Shown here piece by piece: positions 9,720-19,226 of a stretch of DNA of 64,000 bases (positions are counted from its first letter, which is position 1; every line of letters begins with the position of its first letter). The translations under genes and the position numbers were made by a program. This DNA comes from an uncultured Candidatus Micrarchaeota archaeon (GTDB lineage Archaea; Micrarchaeota; Micrarchaeia; Anstonellales; Bilamarchaeaceae), in assembly GCA_963804385.1 (NCBI GenBank), contig CAWDQD010000009.1, positions 8,890-72,889 of the forward strand, given 5' to 3'. The notes under the pieces are model-generated. The model was not told where the DNA came from. It saw only the letters and a list, made by a program, of their open reading frames with translations, and searched no databases.

Positions 9720-10898
9720 ATGCCAGTGAAATCGGGGACTTTTACGGTTGAATCATCCAAGCGGAGCGAGCTCGTATCTTATCCGATACGCGACATCGTG
9801 CAGGAAGCGAAGAAGATCGAGAAGCAGGGCACGCAGATGATATACCTCAATATCGGAGACCCTGCTCCGTTCGGTTTCCGGCCGCCGCAGCATATCCTCG
9901 ACGCCGCAGCGCAGGCGCTTACGCAGAATTATTCAGGCTACGCTCCTTCCGAAGGTGACCCGGAGCTCCGGCAGGCGATCGCCAAGTACGAGAAGACCGC
10001 TCCTGAAGACGTCTTCGTCACGTCCGGTCTGAGCGAGGGCATAGACTTCCTTTTCCAGGCCCTTGTGGACCCAGGAAGGAATATCGTCCTTCCGACCCCG
10101 ACATACCCGCTCTATCTCACCAAGGAGCGCCTAAGCTATGGCACAGTGGAATTCTACGACTGCGATTCGAACTTCGAACCGGACCTTGACAGCCTGCGCA
10201 AGAGCATCACCAAGTACACGAAAGCCATCCTCGTGATAAACCCCAACAACCCCACAGGGGCCGTATATTCCAGGAAGACGCTCGAAGGCATAGTCGATAT
10301 CGCCGGAGAGAGCAAGATCCCTATCATTTCAGATGACGCTTACGAGATGCTGGTGTTCGACGGCGGATACACCAACCTCAGGACGCTCCACAAGGACGTC
10401 CCGTTGGTCTCCGGCAACAGCATCTCCAAGAACTACCTCTATCCGGGCGCGCGTGTAGGATACCTCGCTTTCCACGGAGAAGGGTGGAGCGAAATGAAGG
10501 AGACCATGCAGCGCCTCTGCAACCAGCGGCTCTCGGTCAATTGGGAGATGCAGCGGGCATATCTCGCAGCCCTCAACGGTTCGCATGACCACATAAAACG
10601 CTTCAATGAGGAGCTCAAGAAGCGCCGCGACGTGGTTGTCAAGCGCGTCAAAAGCATACCTGGCCTGAGCCTCGCTGCGCCCAAAGGCGCTTTCTACGCT
10701 TTCATAAAGGTCGAGGATGACCGCTGGAAGGACGATAGCGAGTTCGTGCGAGGTCTGCTGAAGCACGGCGTCGTGACAGTGCCTGGCTCCGGCTTCGCTC
10801 CGACCATGAAAGGCAAATACTTCCGCCTGGTTTTCCTGCCGAAGCCAGAGCAGCTGGAGACCGCGTTCGACAGGATAGAAGCATACATGAAAAGATGA
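9720..10898 (+). CDS. Class I/II PLP-dependent aminotransferase (alanine/aspartate type)
   Basis: LNIGDP, INPNNPTGAVY, SDDAY, SISK (PLP lysine) ...GARVGY, PKGAFY. Confidence 0.93.
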   Translation: MPVKSGTFTVESSKRSELVSYPIRDIVQEAKKIEKQGTQMIYLNIGDPAPFGFRPPQHILDAAAQALTQNYSGYAPSEGDPELRQAIAKYEKTAPEDVFVTSGLSEGIDFLFQALVDPGRNIVLPTPTYPLYLTKERLSYGTVEFYDCDSNFEPDLDSLRKSITKYTKAILVINPNNPTGAVYSRKTLEGIVDIAGESKIPIISDDAYEMLVFDGGYTNLRTLHKDVPLVSGNSISKNYLYPGARVGYLAFHGEGWSEMKETMQRLCNQRLSVNWEMQRAYLAALNGSHDHIKRFNEELKKRRDVVVKRVKSIPGLSLAAPKGAFYAFIKVEDDRWKDDSEFVRGLLKHGVVTVPGSGFAPTMKGKYFRLVFLPKPEQLETAFDRIEAYMKR

Positions 10899-11027
10899 TC
10901 AATTTTTCTTCTTTTTTGGGCTCTTTTTCTCATTGCTTGGCACGGTACGCTCTACAGGTTCGTGGAGCGGCTTGTCGAGCATGGCATTTATGACTTGGAT
11001 GTGCCTTGAAGCGAGCTTCCTTGGCCA

Positions 11028-13487
11028 TCATTTCTTCTTCACAGCCCCTTTCTTCGCTTTGAGCCTATCACGTAGGGACATGCCCGGGGTCGGCCTGGGC
11101 GGCGGGGGTTCGTCATCCTCGCCTTCTTTTTCCTCGACATCCTCGGTGTCTTCCTTTGAAGCGACCTCAGGCGCCTTGGTCTCGGGAGGGGCGTCTTCAG
11201 TCTCGACCTCTTCATCGCCTGCATCCATCCTGCGTTTCTGCATCTCCACCCTCATGATCTCCTTGAATATCGGCTGCCATTTCTCCCATGCGGCTGCGAA
11301 ATCCACCTCTCCGTGCTCGCTTTCCATGCTGGTTAGCAGCCTTGTGGCCGCGGTGTTCACCTTGAGCACGAAATCGAGCTCTAGAAGCAGCTTGTCGTTG
11401 AGCGTCTGGCTCGCTTTGTAGATCTCCCAGTACATCTTGCCTTTCCAGAACGCCTGGAGGACGTACTGCTCCGGGCTGATGCCGGTCTCTTCGCTGCGCC
11501 GTCCTAACGCAGGAGGCACGAACGCGAGATCCAGCTCCTTCTGGAGCTTCTTCAGGTTCACCTGGTCGAAATCCCACATGGACCCTTCCGGGTTCCTCAC
11601 GAATTTCGGCTCCCACTGGCACGTCTCTATGCTTTCGCCTCTCCTGAAGCGGAACACCTCGACGAATTTTTTCTCATCGATATCGCTCTCGTACTCGAAG
11701 CCTATGAGCCTGTATATGCGCCCCTTCCTCCCGAACCTGACCTTCTTGAGGAAGGTGTACCTGTCCGTTGCGTACATGCTCGCTGCCGGGAGCCCGAACA
11801 CCAGCTCGAGCCTGTCCTGGATATCCCTCAGCGACTCGGCATGGAGGTTGTAGAGCAGGAAGACGCCTGGCTGGGTGTTGAGGAGGTTGATGATGCCCTG
11901 CACGGCCACCCTGGACCTGACTTCGTTGATTATCAGCGCGGCATCGCCCATACGGAGGAGTGCATTGGCCATGGTGACCAGGTCTAGCTCCTTGGTCGTG
12001 GATTCCTCGACATCAGAGCTCTGGACGCGTGCTGCGCCTATGTGGAACCCCCTCTTGCGGAACGCGCGCACAGGTATCTCTTCGATATCCTGGACCGGGA
12101 TTATCCTCCTCCTCGTGCCGATGGATGTGATCTTGGCCGCTGTGAACGCCGTCTTTCCGACGCCTTTGAGCCCCAGGACCGCCTCCGAGCATCCCAGGCT
12201 GACCATCACGTCGTCATAGCCTGCGAAGAACGGGGTCATGGAATGGAAATTGAGGTATTGGGCGTATGTGAACGGCTCCTCTTTCATGATACGGAGCGCT
12301 CCCTGGAGCTCGCCGAAAGTCGCCGGCGGCCTCTGGAGGTGGCACCTCATCGATAGCCGTTTCAGCACGACATCCACTATAGGGTTGTTCTCGTCGAACT
12401 TCCTCGTTCCCTTGAGCGTATACACGATATTCTTGAAGCATCTTTCGAGGAGATCGCGGTTGTACCGGAAAAGCGTGTGGCAGAGGCCGAATTTCCTGTG
12501 CTCGATATAAAGAGGAGAGTTCTCGCTGTCGATATAGATATCAGTGACATTCTCCTTGTCGAGCGAGAGATTCTCGATATGGGCTCCGAGTCCGACCACC
12601 CATGCCGCGCATTCACGGCCCATGGCTATGGCCTGCTGCGGGGTTATAGGTGTGCTGTCCATGATGGCCTTGTCCATGAAATACTGGCGGTATTCCCTGG
12701 TCTTGAGGTTCATGAGTATGTCCCAGTCCACGTTCATGAACTGCTCCTTGAATTGCTCGTTCACGGTGGTCTTGAGGAGCTTGTTCAATTCGGGGTTCAG
12801 GAGGTCTATGCCGTTATTAGTCTGGACATAAAGGTAGGATTCAGCACCCGGGATCTCGTATATCTGCACTTCCACTCCGAAAGGGAGCGAATAATGCGCG
12901 TCAGGATCCTTGACCGGTATAGCGTCTTTCGGGATTCCAAGGACGAGCGAAGGGACGAAATATAACGTCTTGAGCCCGACAAGTTCCAGGAACGCGGCCC
13001 TCAGGTCCCCGGTGTCTTTGACCAGGTTGTAGAGGCGCGTCGCGGTGTACCTCTTGAGGATGCCCGCGACCCAGGCCTTATACGTCTGGTACCCCTTGAG
13101 GTAGATGGATTTCTCGGGTTCACCTTCGTCGTAGCTGCTGAGCTCCTGAGCCGCGAGGAGGGGGTTGAGGAAAACGTATTCGTAGAACCTCCTGAGAACC
13201 TTCCTGCGGTTATCATAAGCAGGATCCTGCTTGAGCCCATATATCTCCTCTTTGAGCAGTATCGTCTCGAGCTGCCTTATGAATGCGGCGTATTGCGTGA
13301 GGACGAGGGTCTTCTCCTCGTCGAGCTCCACCACTATCTCTTCCTCGTACCTGATAGTCTTGATAGGGGATTCGGTCGTTGACAGGTCTTTGAGGTGCAG
13401 ATTCAGGAACTCAGGAGAAGCGAATTCGTACGGGCATTTCGACAGGTCTACGATAGCCCTGTTGCCTTCGAGGTATAAATTACACAT
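11028..13487 (-). CDS. Divergent type II/IV secretion ATPase (VirB11/TadA/FlaI superfamily) with long N-terminal extension
   Basis: Walker A GLKGVGKT, Asp box VQDIEEI, Walker B LIINEVR, His-box-like NLHAES; DENNPIVD segment typical of the family. Confidence 0.8.
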   Translation of the reverse strand: MCNLYLEGNRAIVDLSKCPYEFASPEFLNLHLKDLSTTESPIKTIRYEEEIVVELDEEKTLVLTQYAAFIRQLETILLKEEIYGLKQDPAYDNRRKVLRRFYEYVFLNPLLAAQELSSYDEGEPEKSIYLKGYQTYKAWVAGILKRYTATRLYNLVKDTGDLRAAFLELVGLKTLYFVPSLVLGIPKDAIPVKDPDAHYSLPFGVEVQIYEIPGAESYLYVQTNNGIDLLNPELNKLLKTTVNEQFKEQFMNVDWDILMNLKTREYRQYFMDKAIMDSTPITPQQAIAMGRECAAWVVGLGAHIENLSLDKENVTDIYIDSENSPLYIEHRKFGLCHTLFRYNRDLLERCFKNIVYTLKGTRKFDENNPIVDVVLKRLSMRCHLQRPPATFGELQGALRIMKEEPFTYAQYLNFHSMTPFFAGYDDVMVSLGCSEAVLGLKGVGKTAFTAAKITSIGTRRRIIPVQDIEEIPVRAFRKRGFHIGAARVQSSDVEESTTKELDLVTMANALLRMGDAALIINEVRSRVAVQGIINLLNTQPGVFLLYNLHAESLRDIQDRLELVFGLPAASMYATDRYTFLKKVRFGRKGRIYRLIGFEYESDIDEKKFVEVFRFRRGESIETCQWEPKFVRNPEGSMWDFDQVNLKKLQKELDLAFVPPALGRRSEETGISPEQYVLQAFWKGKMYWEIYKASQTLNDKLLLELDFVLKVNTAATRLLTSMESEHGEVDFAAAWEKWQPIFKEIMRVEMQKRRMDAGDEEVETEDAPPETKAPEVASKEDTEDVEEKEGEDDEPPPPRPTPGMSLRDRLKAKKGAVKKK

Positions 13488-13528
13488 GCGTTAGCTATCG
13501 GATTAGAATATTTAAATGCTGTAGCTTC

Positions 13529-15124
13529 TCAGTTGGTCGAGTTGTCGTCTGATTCGTTTCCTGAGGGATTGTTGTCATCGCCCGTGGAATCATCGTCCTC
13601 GGCGGCTTTATCGCTTGCGGGTTCTTCCGTCGGCTCTTTTGGCGCATGGGTCGTTTTGGGCTGTCTCTTGAAGGTTACCGTCTCTTCTGCGTGCCCCGGG
13701 GAGATGACGAGCCGAGCCTCCTGCTTCCTGTCCCTGGATTTAATGAGCAGCCTGTGATTGCCATCCGGAAGTTCCATCCTGAGCGGGGTGACGCCGAGTT
13801 CAAGCGGCTCTTTTTCAGAAGTTACATCGTATACAAAGCTTCCAGCCGGATCGCTGTTTATCTTTATCGCGAACTTCTTCTCGGCGGGTACGGTGTTTTG
13901 AACTTGCTCCGGCGGAGCGGTCTCCCGCGGTGCATCCTGCATGGTAGATGTAACCCTTGCCTTGAGTTTTTCATAGTATGGCCCGTAGAATCTCGAGAGA
14001 TCTTGGTACGTCGACACGGCCAAGGCGCTCATACCTGCCAGCACGGCGGTAAGGAGAAGCTTTCTTGCCACATGGCTGCCAGCCGCCTTGGTCTCATGTC
14101 TGGGCGGCGGGGTCCTTACGATCGGCTCATCCGGTTTTTCATCGAGTCCTACCCTTAGGAGGTCGCCTCCTAGGCTCACAAGAGAGATGTCTTCGCCATG
14201 GAGGATGGCTTCTCGGAGCTCTCCGATATTCGCGTATCTGTCCTCCTTATTCTTTTGCATGGCTTTGAGGATGATATCTTCCGCTGCTTTAGGGATAGTC
14301 AACTGAGGATATCTTACGCTCGGAGGCACCACCGCGTTATGGATCTGCATCATCAGGACCTCGAGATTGGCAGCATCCTGGTCCGCCTTATTAGATGAGA
14401 ACGGCACCTCGCCGGTCAGCATATTGTGCATTATGATCCCGAGAGCGTATATGTCGACTCTGTGGTCCATGGAATCTCTCTTGGTTATCTGTTCCGGTGC
14501 CGCGTACTGCGGTGTGCCGGCAAACATCCCCGTGGCGGTGTGCGGACCGTCCTGCCTGTCCATGAACTTGGCAATACCGAAATCGAGGACCTTGACGATC
14601 TCCCGTCCTTCGTTTTCGACAATGAAAATGTTCGGGGGTTTTAGGTCGCGGTGCATTATGCCTTTCGCGTGCGCCGCTCCAATGCCGTCGCATACCTGGA
14701 GCATGATACGCCTCGTATCCTCCCAGTTGAGCGGTCCGTTATCCCTGAGGTAGGTCTTGAGATCCTTTCCATCCAGGTATTCCACGACCATGTATGGCCG
14801 TCCCTTATACTCGTCTGCGGCGAATATCCGGATGACGTTCTCGTGCCGTATGTCTGCCATGGCCCTGGCTTCGATCAGGAAACGCTCTTTGGCGCTAGGA
14901 TCAGATGTATTCATGATCTTGATAGCGACCTTGGTTTGGCTATTGAGATCCAAAGCAGAGTATATCTTTCCCATGCCGCCTTCGCCTATCAGGTCTTGAA
15001 TGGCGTATCTCTGCTGGATTATCGCCCCGGACATAGGATCGCTCTTAAGCAACGGGCGGCCTGCCATCCCTGCCTTTTCGGTAGGCTCTGGGTGAGGCGT
15101 AGGTTCTTTCCTAATAGGAGGCAT
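13529..15124 (-). CDS. Hanks-type Ser/Thr protein kinase with TM segment and extracellular PEGA-like domain
   Basis: IGEGGMGKIY, VAIK, HRDLKPPN, VKVLDFGIAK, GTPQYAAPEQ, DIYALG; TM LLLTAVLAGMSALAV; PEGA-like INSDPAGSFVY...LGVTPL...LPDGNHRLLI. Confidence 0.95.
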   Translation of the reverse strand: MPPIRKEPTPHPEPTEKAGMAGRPLLKSDPMSGAIIQQRYAIQDLIGEGGMGKIYSALDLNSQTKVAIKIMNTSDPSAKERFLIEARAMADIRHENVIRIFAADEYKGRPYMVVEYLDGKDLKTYLRDNGPLNWEDTRRIMLQVCDGIGAAHAKGIMHRDLKPPNIFIVENEGREIVKVLDFGIAKFMDRQDGPHTATGMFAGTPQYAAPEQITKRDSMDHRVDIYALGIIMHNMLTGEVPFSSNKADQDAANLEVLMMQIHNAVVPPSVRYPQLTIPKAAEDIILKAMQKNKEDRYANIGELREAILHGEDISLVSLGGDLLRVGLDEKPDEPIVRTPPPRHETKAAGSHVARKLLLTAVLAGMSALAVSTYQDLSRFYGPYYEKLKARVTSTMQDAPRETAPPEQVQNTVPAEKKFAIKINSDPAGSFVYDVTSEKEPLELGVTPLRMELPDGNHRLLIKSRDRKQEARLVISPGHAEETVTFKRQPKTTHAPKEPTEEPASDKAAEDDDSTGDDNNPSGNESDDNSTN

Positions 15125-15234
15125 GTTATAATTTATGTTCAGAAGTATTTTTAAACCGCTACCCTAGGGCTATTATCACAACTAGGTCTGGAAATGATTG
15201 ACCTGGCAGTAGCAGGGATAATAGGGAAAGATGC

Positions 15235-16974
15235 TCAACCGGTTTTCTTCTTCTCGTCTTCTTTGGCCAGCACTCCTTCCACGATGGCAGCGTACGCCGG
15301 TCTTGTCAGCAGGTAGCCCAGGATGGCGCCCAGTATCGTGGATTCGGAGAAACCTATTATCTCGACAAGCAGAAGCCCGGAGAGTAGCCTTGAGAAGAGC
15401 AGGGGCACCATGGTGAAGATAGCGACCACGATATTAGTCTTGATTATGCTGAAAGCCATGTCTATCTTCTCACGCGTGGTGTGGTGCTCGTCTTTCTTGA
15501 GCAATTCGTCTGTTATGATTATCTGGGCGTCCACCCCCACGCCTATGGCTGCGATGATGCCCGCCATGGTCGGAAGGTCTATGGTGAACGCTCCCAATAT
15601 GGATAGCAGTATAGCGAGCTCGGCCATGCTGATGAGGACGATCGGCATCGTGGCGGCCAGGTTCCTGTACCGAACGCCGATCATGATGGCTATGAGGATG
15701 AGCGAGCATGCGATGGTTATCAGGCTCAGCTTGAGGAATTCGCTCCCCAGCGTTGCAGGGATGACAGTCTTCGAGCCGAGTGTTATCTGGACCGGCAAGG
15801 CGCCTCCTTTGAGTATGGACTCTATGCTTTTCACGCGGTCGTCCACCGCTTGCGCTTTCAGGTTGGGGTCGGTCACGCTCACGGCGCCCGTGATGATGAA
15901 GTTATAGTTAGGCACTCCGGATGTGACCCCAGAACTCAGTATCGGAGCCGTGAGGAGCCCTACCGAATCCAGCTCGTCGAGCACAAGGACCTGGCTCGCT
16001 GTCCGCTGGAATGACGGGACCATCTTGGCATCCGGCATCTGCACGAGCGTGAACCCGCGTTCCGTGAGCATCTGTTTGACCTGCGCGGAAGCGTTCTCGC
16101 TGATTATGGCTTCGGTCTTGTTATCTGCAGGGGTGACATTAGTATCGTTTTGGATATCGTCGACTATGTAGACGGGGATATTGCTGTTCCCGAGTTTCAG
16201 CGCATCCCGTATCGCGCCCAGCGCCTCCTTCTCGTTCGAATCCGAAGGGGTGCCATTCTTTAGGGTCGCCCTGCTCAGGAATAGCGCAGCATCAGATGGC
16301 CGGTCGAGGTACATATATACAGGGTAATCCTGCTTTCCCTTGGCTGCGTCTGCGAACTGCTTGGCGCCTACGTCGTCGACGGAAAACGCCACGCCCCAAT
16401 CCGGCACGCCGCCGCCCCCGCTTTGCAGGAGCTGGGTTCCGGTCAGAGGGCTGATGGATGTGCGGAAAATATGATCGCCGCTCACGGCTATCTTCCCGTC
16501 GACTACCCCGGTGTAGACCCCCTGCTCGGAGAGCGTGTTTTCCACGAAGTTGATCGTATTCTCGTCGTTGCTGGGCACTTCGACGTACAGCTGGTTGTCG
16601 CCGATGGCCTGCACCTGCACTTCGCTCAGGCCTAGCACGCTGACCCTGTCCTTCACTGTCTGGACGATCTCGTCCATGGTGGACTGGTCGACCGCCTGAT
16701 CGAGCGTTACCGGGATCCTCGTTCCTCCGACAAAGTCAATGCCGAACTTCAGGCCGTTGACGTATATGCTCGAAAGCGCGAGGAGCACTATCAGCGCGAG
16801 GCCTACGAGTTTGATATGCGATTCCTTCCAGAAAAGCGATAGCGAACCGAAGACGATGACTCCGGTCATTATGATGACTCCGGACAAGGGTGTTTTGTAG
16901 TAGACTATCCCAGCCAGGAATACCAGGAACAGGAGCACCAGGGAGACGAGTTTCTTATCATCAAACAAGTTCAT
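15235..16974 (-). CDS. secD: Protein translocase subunit SecD
   Basis: LKFGIDFVGG, GGALP, AAIGVGVDAQIIITDE; multiple TM helices; overlaps secF end. Confidence 0.92.
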   Translation of the reverse strand: MNLFDDKKLVSLVLLFLVFLAGIVYYKTPLSGVIIMTGVIVFGSLSLFWKESHIKLVGLALIVLLALSSIYVNGLKFGIDFVGGTRIPVTLDQAVDQSTMDEIVQTVKDRVSVLGLSEVQVQAIGDNQLYVEVPSNDENTINFVENTLSEQGVYTGVVDGKIAVSGDHIFRTSISPLTGTQLLQSGGGGVPDWGVAFSVDDVGAKQFADAAKGKQDYPVYMYLDRPSDAALFLSRATLKNGTPSDSNEKEALGAIRDALKLGNSNIPVYIVDDIQNDTNVTPADNKTEAIISENASAQVKQMLTERGFTLVQMPDAKMVPSFQRTASQVLVLDELDSVGLLTAPILSSGVTSGVPNYNFIITGAVSVTDPNLKAQAVDDRVKSIESILKGGALPVQITLGSKTVIPATLGSEFLKLSLITIACSLILIAIMIGVRYRNLAATMPIVLISMAELAILLSILGAFTIDLPTMAGIIAAIGVGVDAQIIITDELLKKDEHHTTREKIDMAFSIIKTNIVVAIFTMVPLLFSRLLSGLLLVEIIGFSESTILGAILGYLLTRPAYAAIVEGVLAKEDEKKKTG

Positions 16975-18064
16975 TTTCCTTCACCTTCCTGTGCTCCACG
17001 TACGTCAGTACCGTGACCGCATTTATGCCCCATGTGGCGAACATATCGCCGAAGATGCCCGCGAGGCATACCGCGGATATCTCATAGTATGTCGGGATGT
17101 GCGTGAGTATCGAGAGTATGAACAATCCTCCGAAAGACACGACTGCCGCCAGGCTCATTGTAAGGCCGGTCTTCATGGCATCGAAGGCATTATCGCGAGG
17201 CTCTCCTTTCCTCTTCACCAGCCTGGTAGTAAGGAGGATGTCCGTGTCGAGCGAGAAGCCCACCAGCATCAGCAGGGCCGCGAAGGAAGCCAGGGTCAGT
17301 TGGATGTGGAACAATCCCATGGCGCCCATTGCTATCACGACGTCGCAGAGCGCTCCGGTGAGCACCGCCAGGCTCGGGACTATCGTCCTGAAGAAAAGGA
17401 ATACGAGGAGGGCGCTGAGCAGTGCCGCCCATAAAGAAATTATCAGTATGCTGCTTATGAAGCTCGAAGAGAGCACTGGGCTCACTATCTGGATGGATAT
17501 GGAATCGTATTGCACCAGATTGCTCAGCGGTCCGGTGACCGAATCCTGGTAGTTCGAATAGACAGCATCGTATGATTCGGTGAACCTCTTCTGGAGGTCG
17601 TTCGTGCCGCTGATGTTCAGATCCGCTCTGTTCACCTTAGCGAGAGCGAACATCTGGTCCGAGATGTTGTCGAGCTGAGCTTTCTCCTGCATATACTGGC
17701 TATTATAGCTAGAATTCGTGTAAGCCTGGACCTCGAGCTGCGATACCTTGGGGAGAAGAGCATTGAAGCTCGTCTTGAGGCTCTCCGCTTCCACAAGATC
17801 CTTGCTCTGCGGGACCTCTATCTCGGTCTGATATCCCAATGTGGTGGGGAACGATTGCACGGTCGCGTCTATCCCTTCCGCAGCGAGCTGGCTCTGGAGC
17901 TGCGGCGCGTCCACGCTCTTGTTCATGGAGAGCGTTATCAGCGTGCCTCCCTGGAAATCCACACCCATCTTTATCGATGGTATGTAGAACAGGGATATGA
18001 CTATCAACAGTAGCGGCGCTATTGCTAATAGCTTGTAGTTCCCCTTGTAGATATTAGGCAACAT
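16961..18064 (-). CDS. secF: Protein translocase subunit SecF
   Basis: MGVDFQGGT, LMLVGFSLDTDILLT; likely start ATG 18064 (MLPNIYKG). Confidence 0.92.
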   Translation of the reverse strand: MLPNIYKGNYKLLAIAPLLLIVISLFYIPSIKMGVDFQGGTLITLSMNKSVDAPQLQSQLAAEGIDATVQSFPTTLGYQTEIEVPQSKDLVEAESLKTSFNALLPKVSQLEVQAYTNSSYNSQYMQEKAQLDNISDQMFALAKVNRADLNISGTNDLQKRFTESYDAVYSNYQDSVTGPLSNLVQYDSISIQIVSPVLSSSFISSILIISLWAALLSALLVFLFFRTIVPSLAVLTGALCDVVIAMGAMGLFHIQLTLASFAALLMLVGFSLDTDILLTTRLVKRKGEPRDNAFDAMKTGLTMSLAAVVSFGGLFILSILTHIPTYYEISAVCLAGIFGDMFATWGINAVTVLTYVEHRKVKENELV

Positions 18065-18206
18065 CAGAATCAATAGGGGAAAATAGTACGATAACGCATA
18101 AAAACCCTCCCGCAAGCATCTGCCCCTAGCATGCTTATCGGTTTTTCTGATGGATGGAGGCCAAATCCGGATTCACCACCACGGAGCCGAACCGGTTGAA
18201 ATAAAA

Positions 18207-18318
18207 TGGACTTGGGGGGACTCGCACCCCCGGCCTCTCCGATTCTCTGAACTTTTCGACGGGTTTTTCCCTAAAAAGTTTATGCGAACGGAGCGCTCTG
18301 CTGCTGAGCTACAAGCCC
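18207..18318 (-). tRNA. tRNA-Ala(CGC) with about 40-nt intron (18243-18282)
   Basis: Minus strand GGGCTTG...CAAGTCCA acceptor stem with G3:U70; anticodon stem CTCCG/CGGAG; CGC anticodon; hairpin-forming intron after position 37. Confidence 0.92.
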
Positions 18319-18400
18319 GGGTATTGATTGATTCTATAAAACCAGGCGGATTGAATTATTCTAAGCAAGTATTATTAAATTTGTACGGCAGGTCCACACG

Positions 18401-19141
18401 ATGGCAAGCAGGAAAAAAGAGAGCGATAAGGCGCCACAACGCAGGCCGCCCGAACCGCACAAAATAGGTCAAGGCGCGATTTTCCGAGATATAATACTCG
18501 GGGGTCAAGATGGGATCGTGAATATCCTAGGAATCATGCTCGGGGTTGCGACAGCCACAGGTTCGAGCCAGTTCGTCCTCCTCTCGGGCCTTGCAGCGAC
18601 ATGCGCAGAAAGCGTCAGCATGGCCGCAGTCGCGTATACGTCGAGCCGCGCCGAAGCGGAGCATTATCGAGCCGAAGTCGAACGCGAGAAATTCGAGATG
18701 AAGAGCCTCCCCGAAATAGAACGGCAGGAAATAAGGGATATCTACAGGGTCAAGGGATTCGAGGGGGAGCTCCTCGAGCAGATCGTGGATAAGATATGCT
18801 CTAAAGACGAAATCTGGCTGGACACAATGATGAGGGAGGAGCTGAAGCTCGAGAACCCAGAGGACGGGATGTCTCCTCTCAAGCGCGGCATCCTAGTTGG
18901 GGCAAGCGCACTTATCGGCTCGTTCATACCTATCGTGCCATTCATGGTCCTGGCTCCGCAGCAGGCGCTCCTCCTGGCTTTGGTGGCATCGCTCGCGATA
19001 CTGTTCATAGTGGGCGCCATCAAGAGCAATATGGCATCCGGAAAATGGCTTCGCGGCGGTCTCGAACTGATGCTGATCGGAGGCGCGGCAGCGGCAGCGG
19101 GATACATCGTGGGGTTGGTGTTCCAGATAAAAAGTCCATAA
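18401..19141 (+). CDS. VIT1/CCC1 family metal transporter
   Basis: RDIILGGQDGIV, AESVSMA, cytosolic E-rich domain ending MMREEL. Confidence 0.92.
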   Translation: MASRKKESDKAPQRRPPEPHKIGQGAIFRDIILGGQDGIVNILGIMLGVATATGSSQFVLLSGLAATCAESVSMAAVAYTSSRAEAEHYRAEVEREKFEMKSLPEIERQEIRDIYRVKGFEGELLEQIVDKICSKDEIWLDTMMREELKLENPEDGMSPLKRGILVGASALIGSFIPIVPFMVLAPQQALLLALVASLAILFIVGAIKSNMASGKWLRGGLELMLIGGAAAAAGYIVGLVFQIKSP

Positions 19142-19226
19142 TCTCTTTTTTAATCTTTCAAACACATACCCTTATAAAATGAATTTACACAAGTTTATAG
19201 GTACATAAACAAATGGGTGGATTATT

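Noticed and set aside
11028..11030. Selenocysteine or alternative genetic code at TGA
   Set aside because: TGA terminates many clearly complete genes in the window, the context is not redox-like and no SECIS was recognised.
11028..13487. Calling the ATPase flaI (archaellum)
   Set aside because: No archaellins, FlaH or FlaJ nearby and the architecture is atypical.
18150..18467. 105-aa plus-strand ORF
   Set aside because: Antisense to tRNA-Ala and overlapping the VIT1 gene start; spurious.
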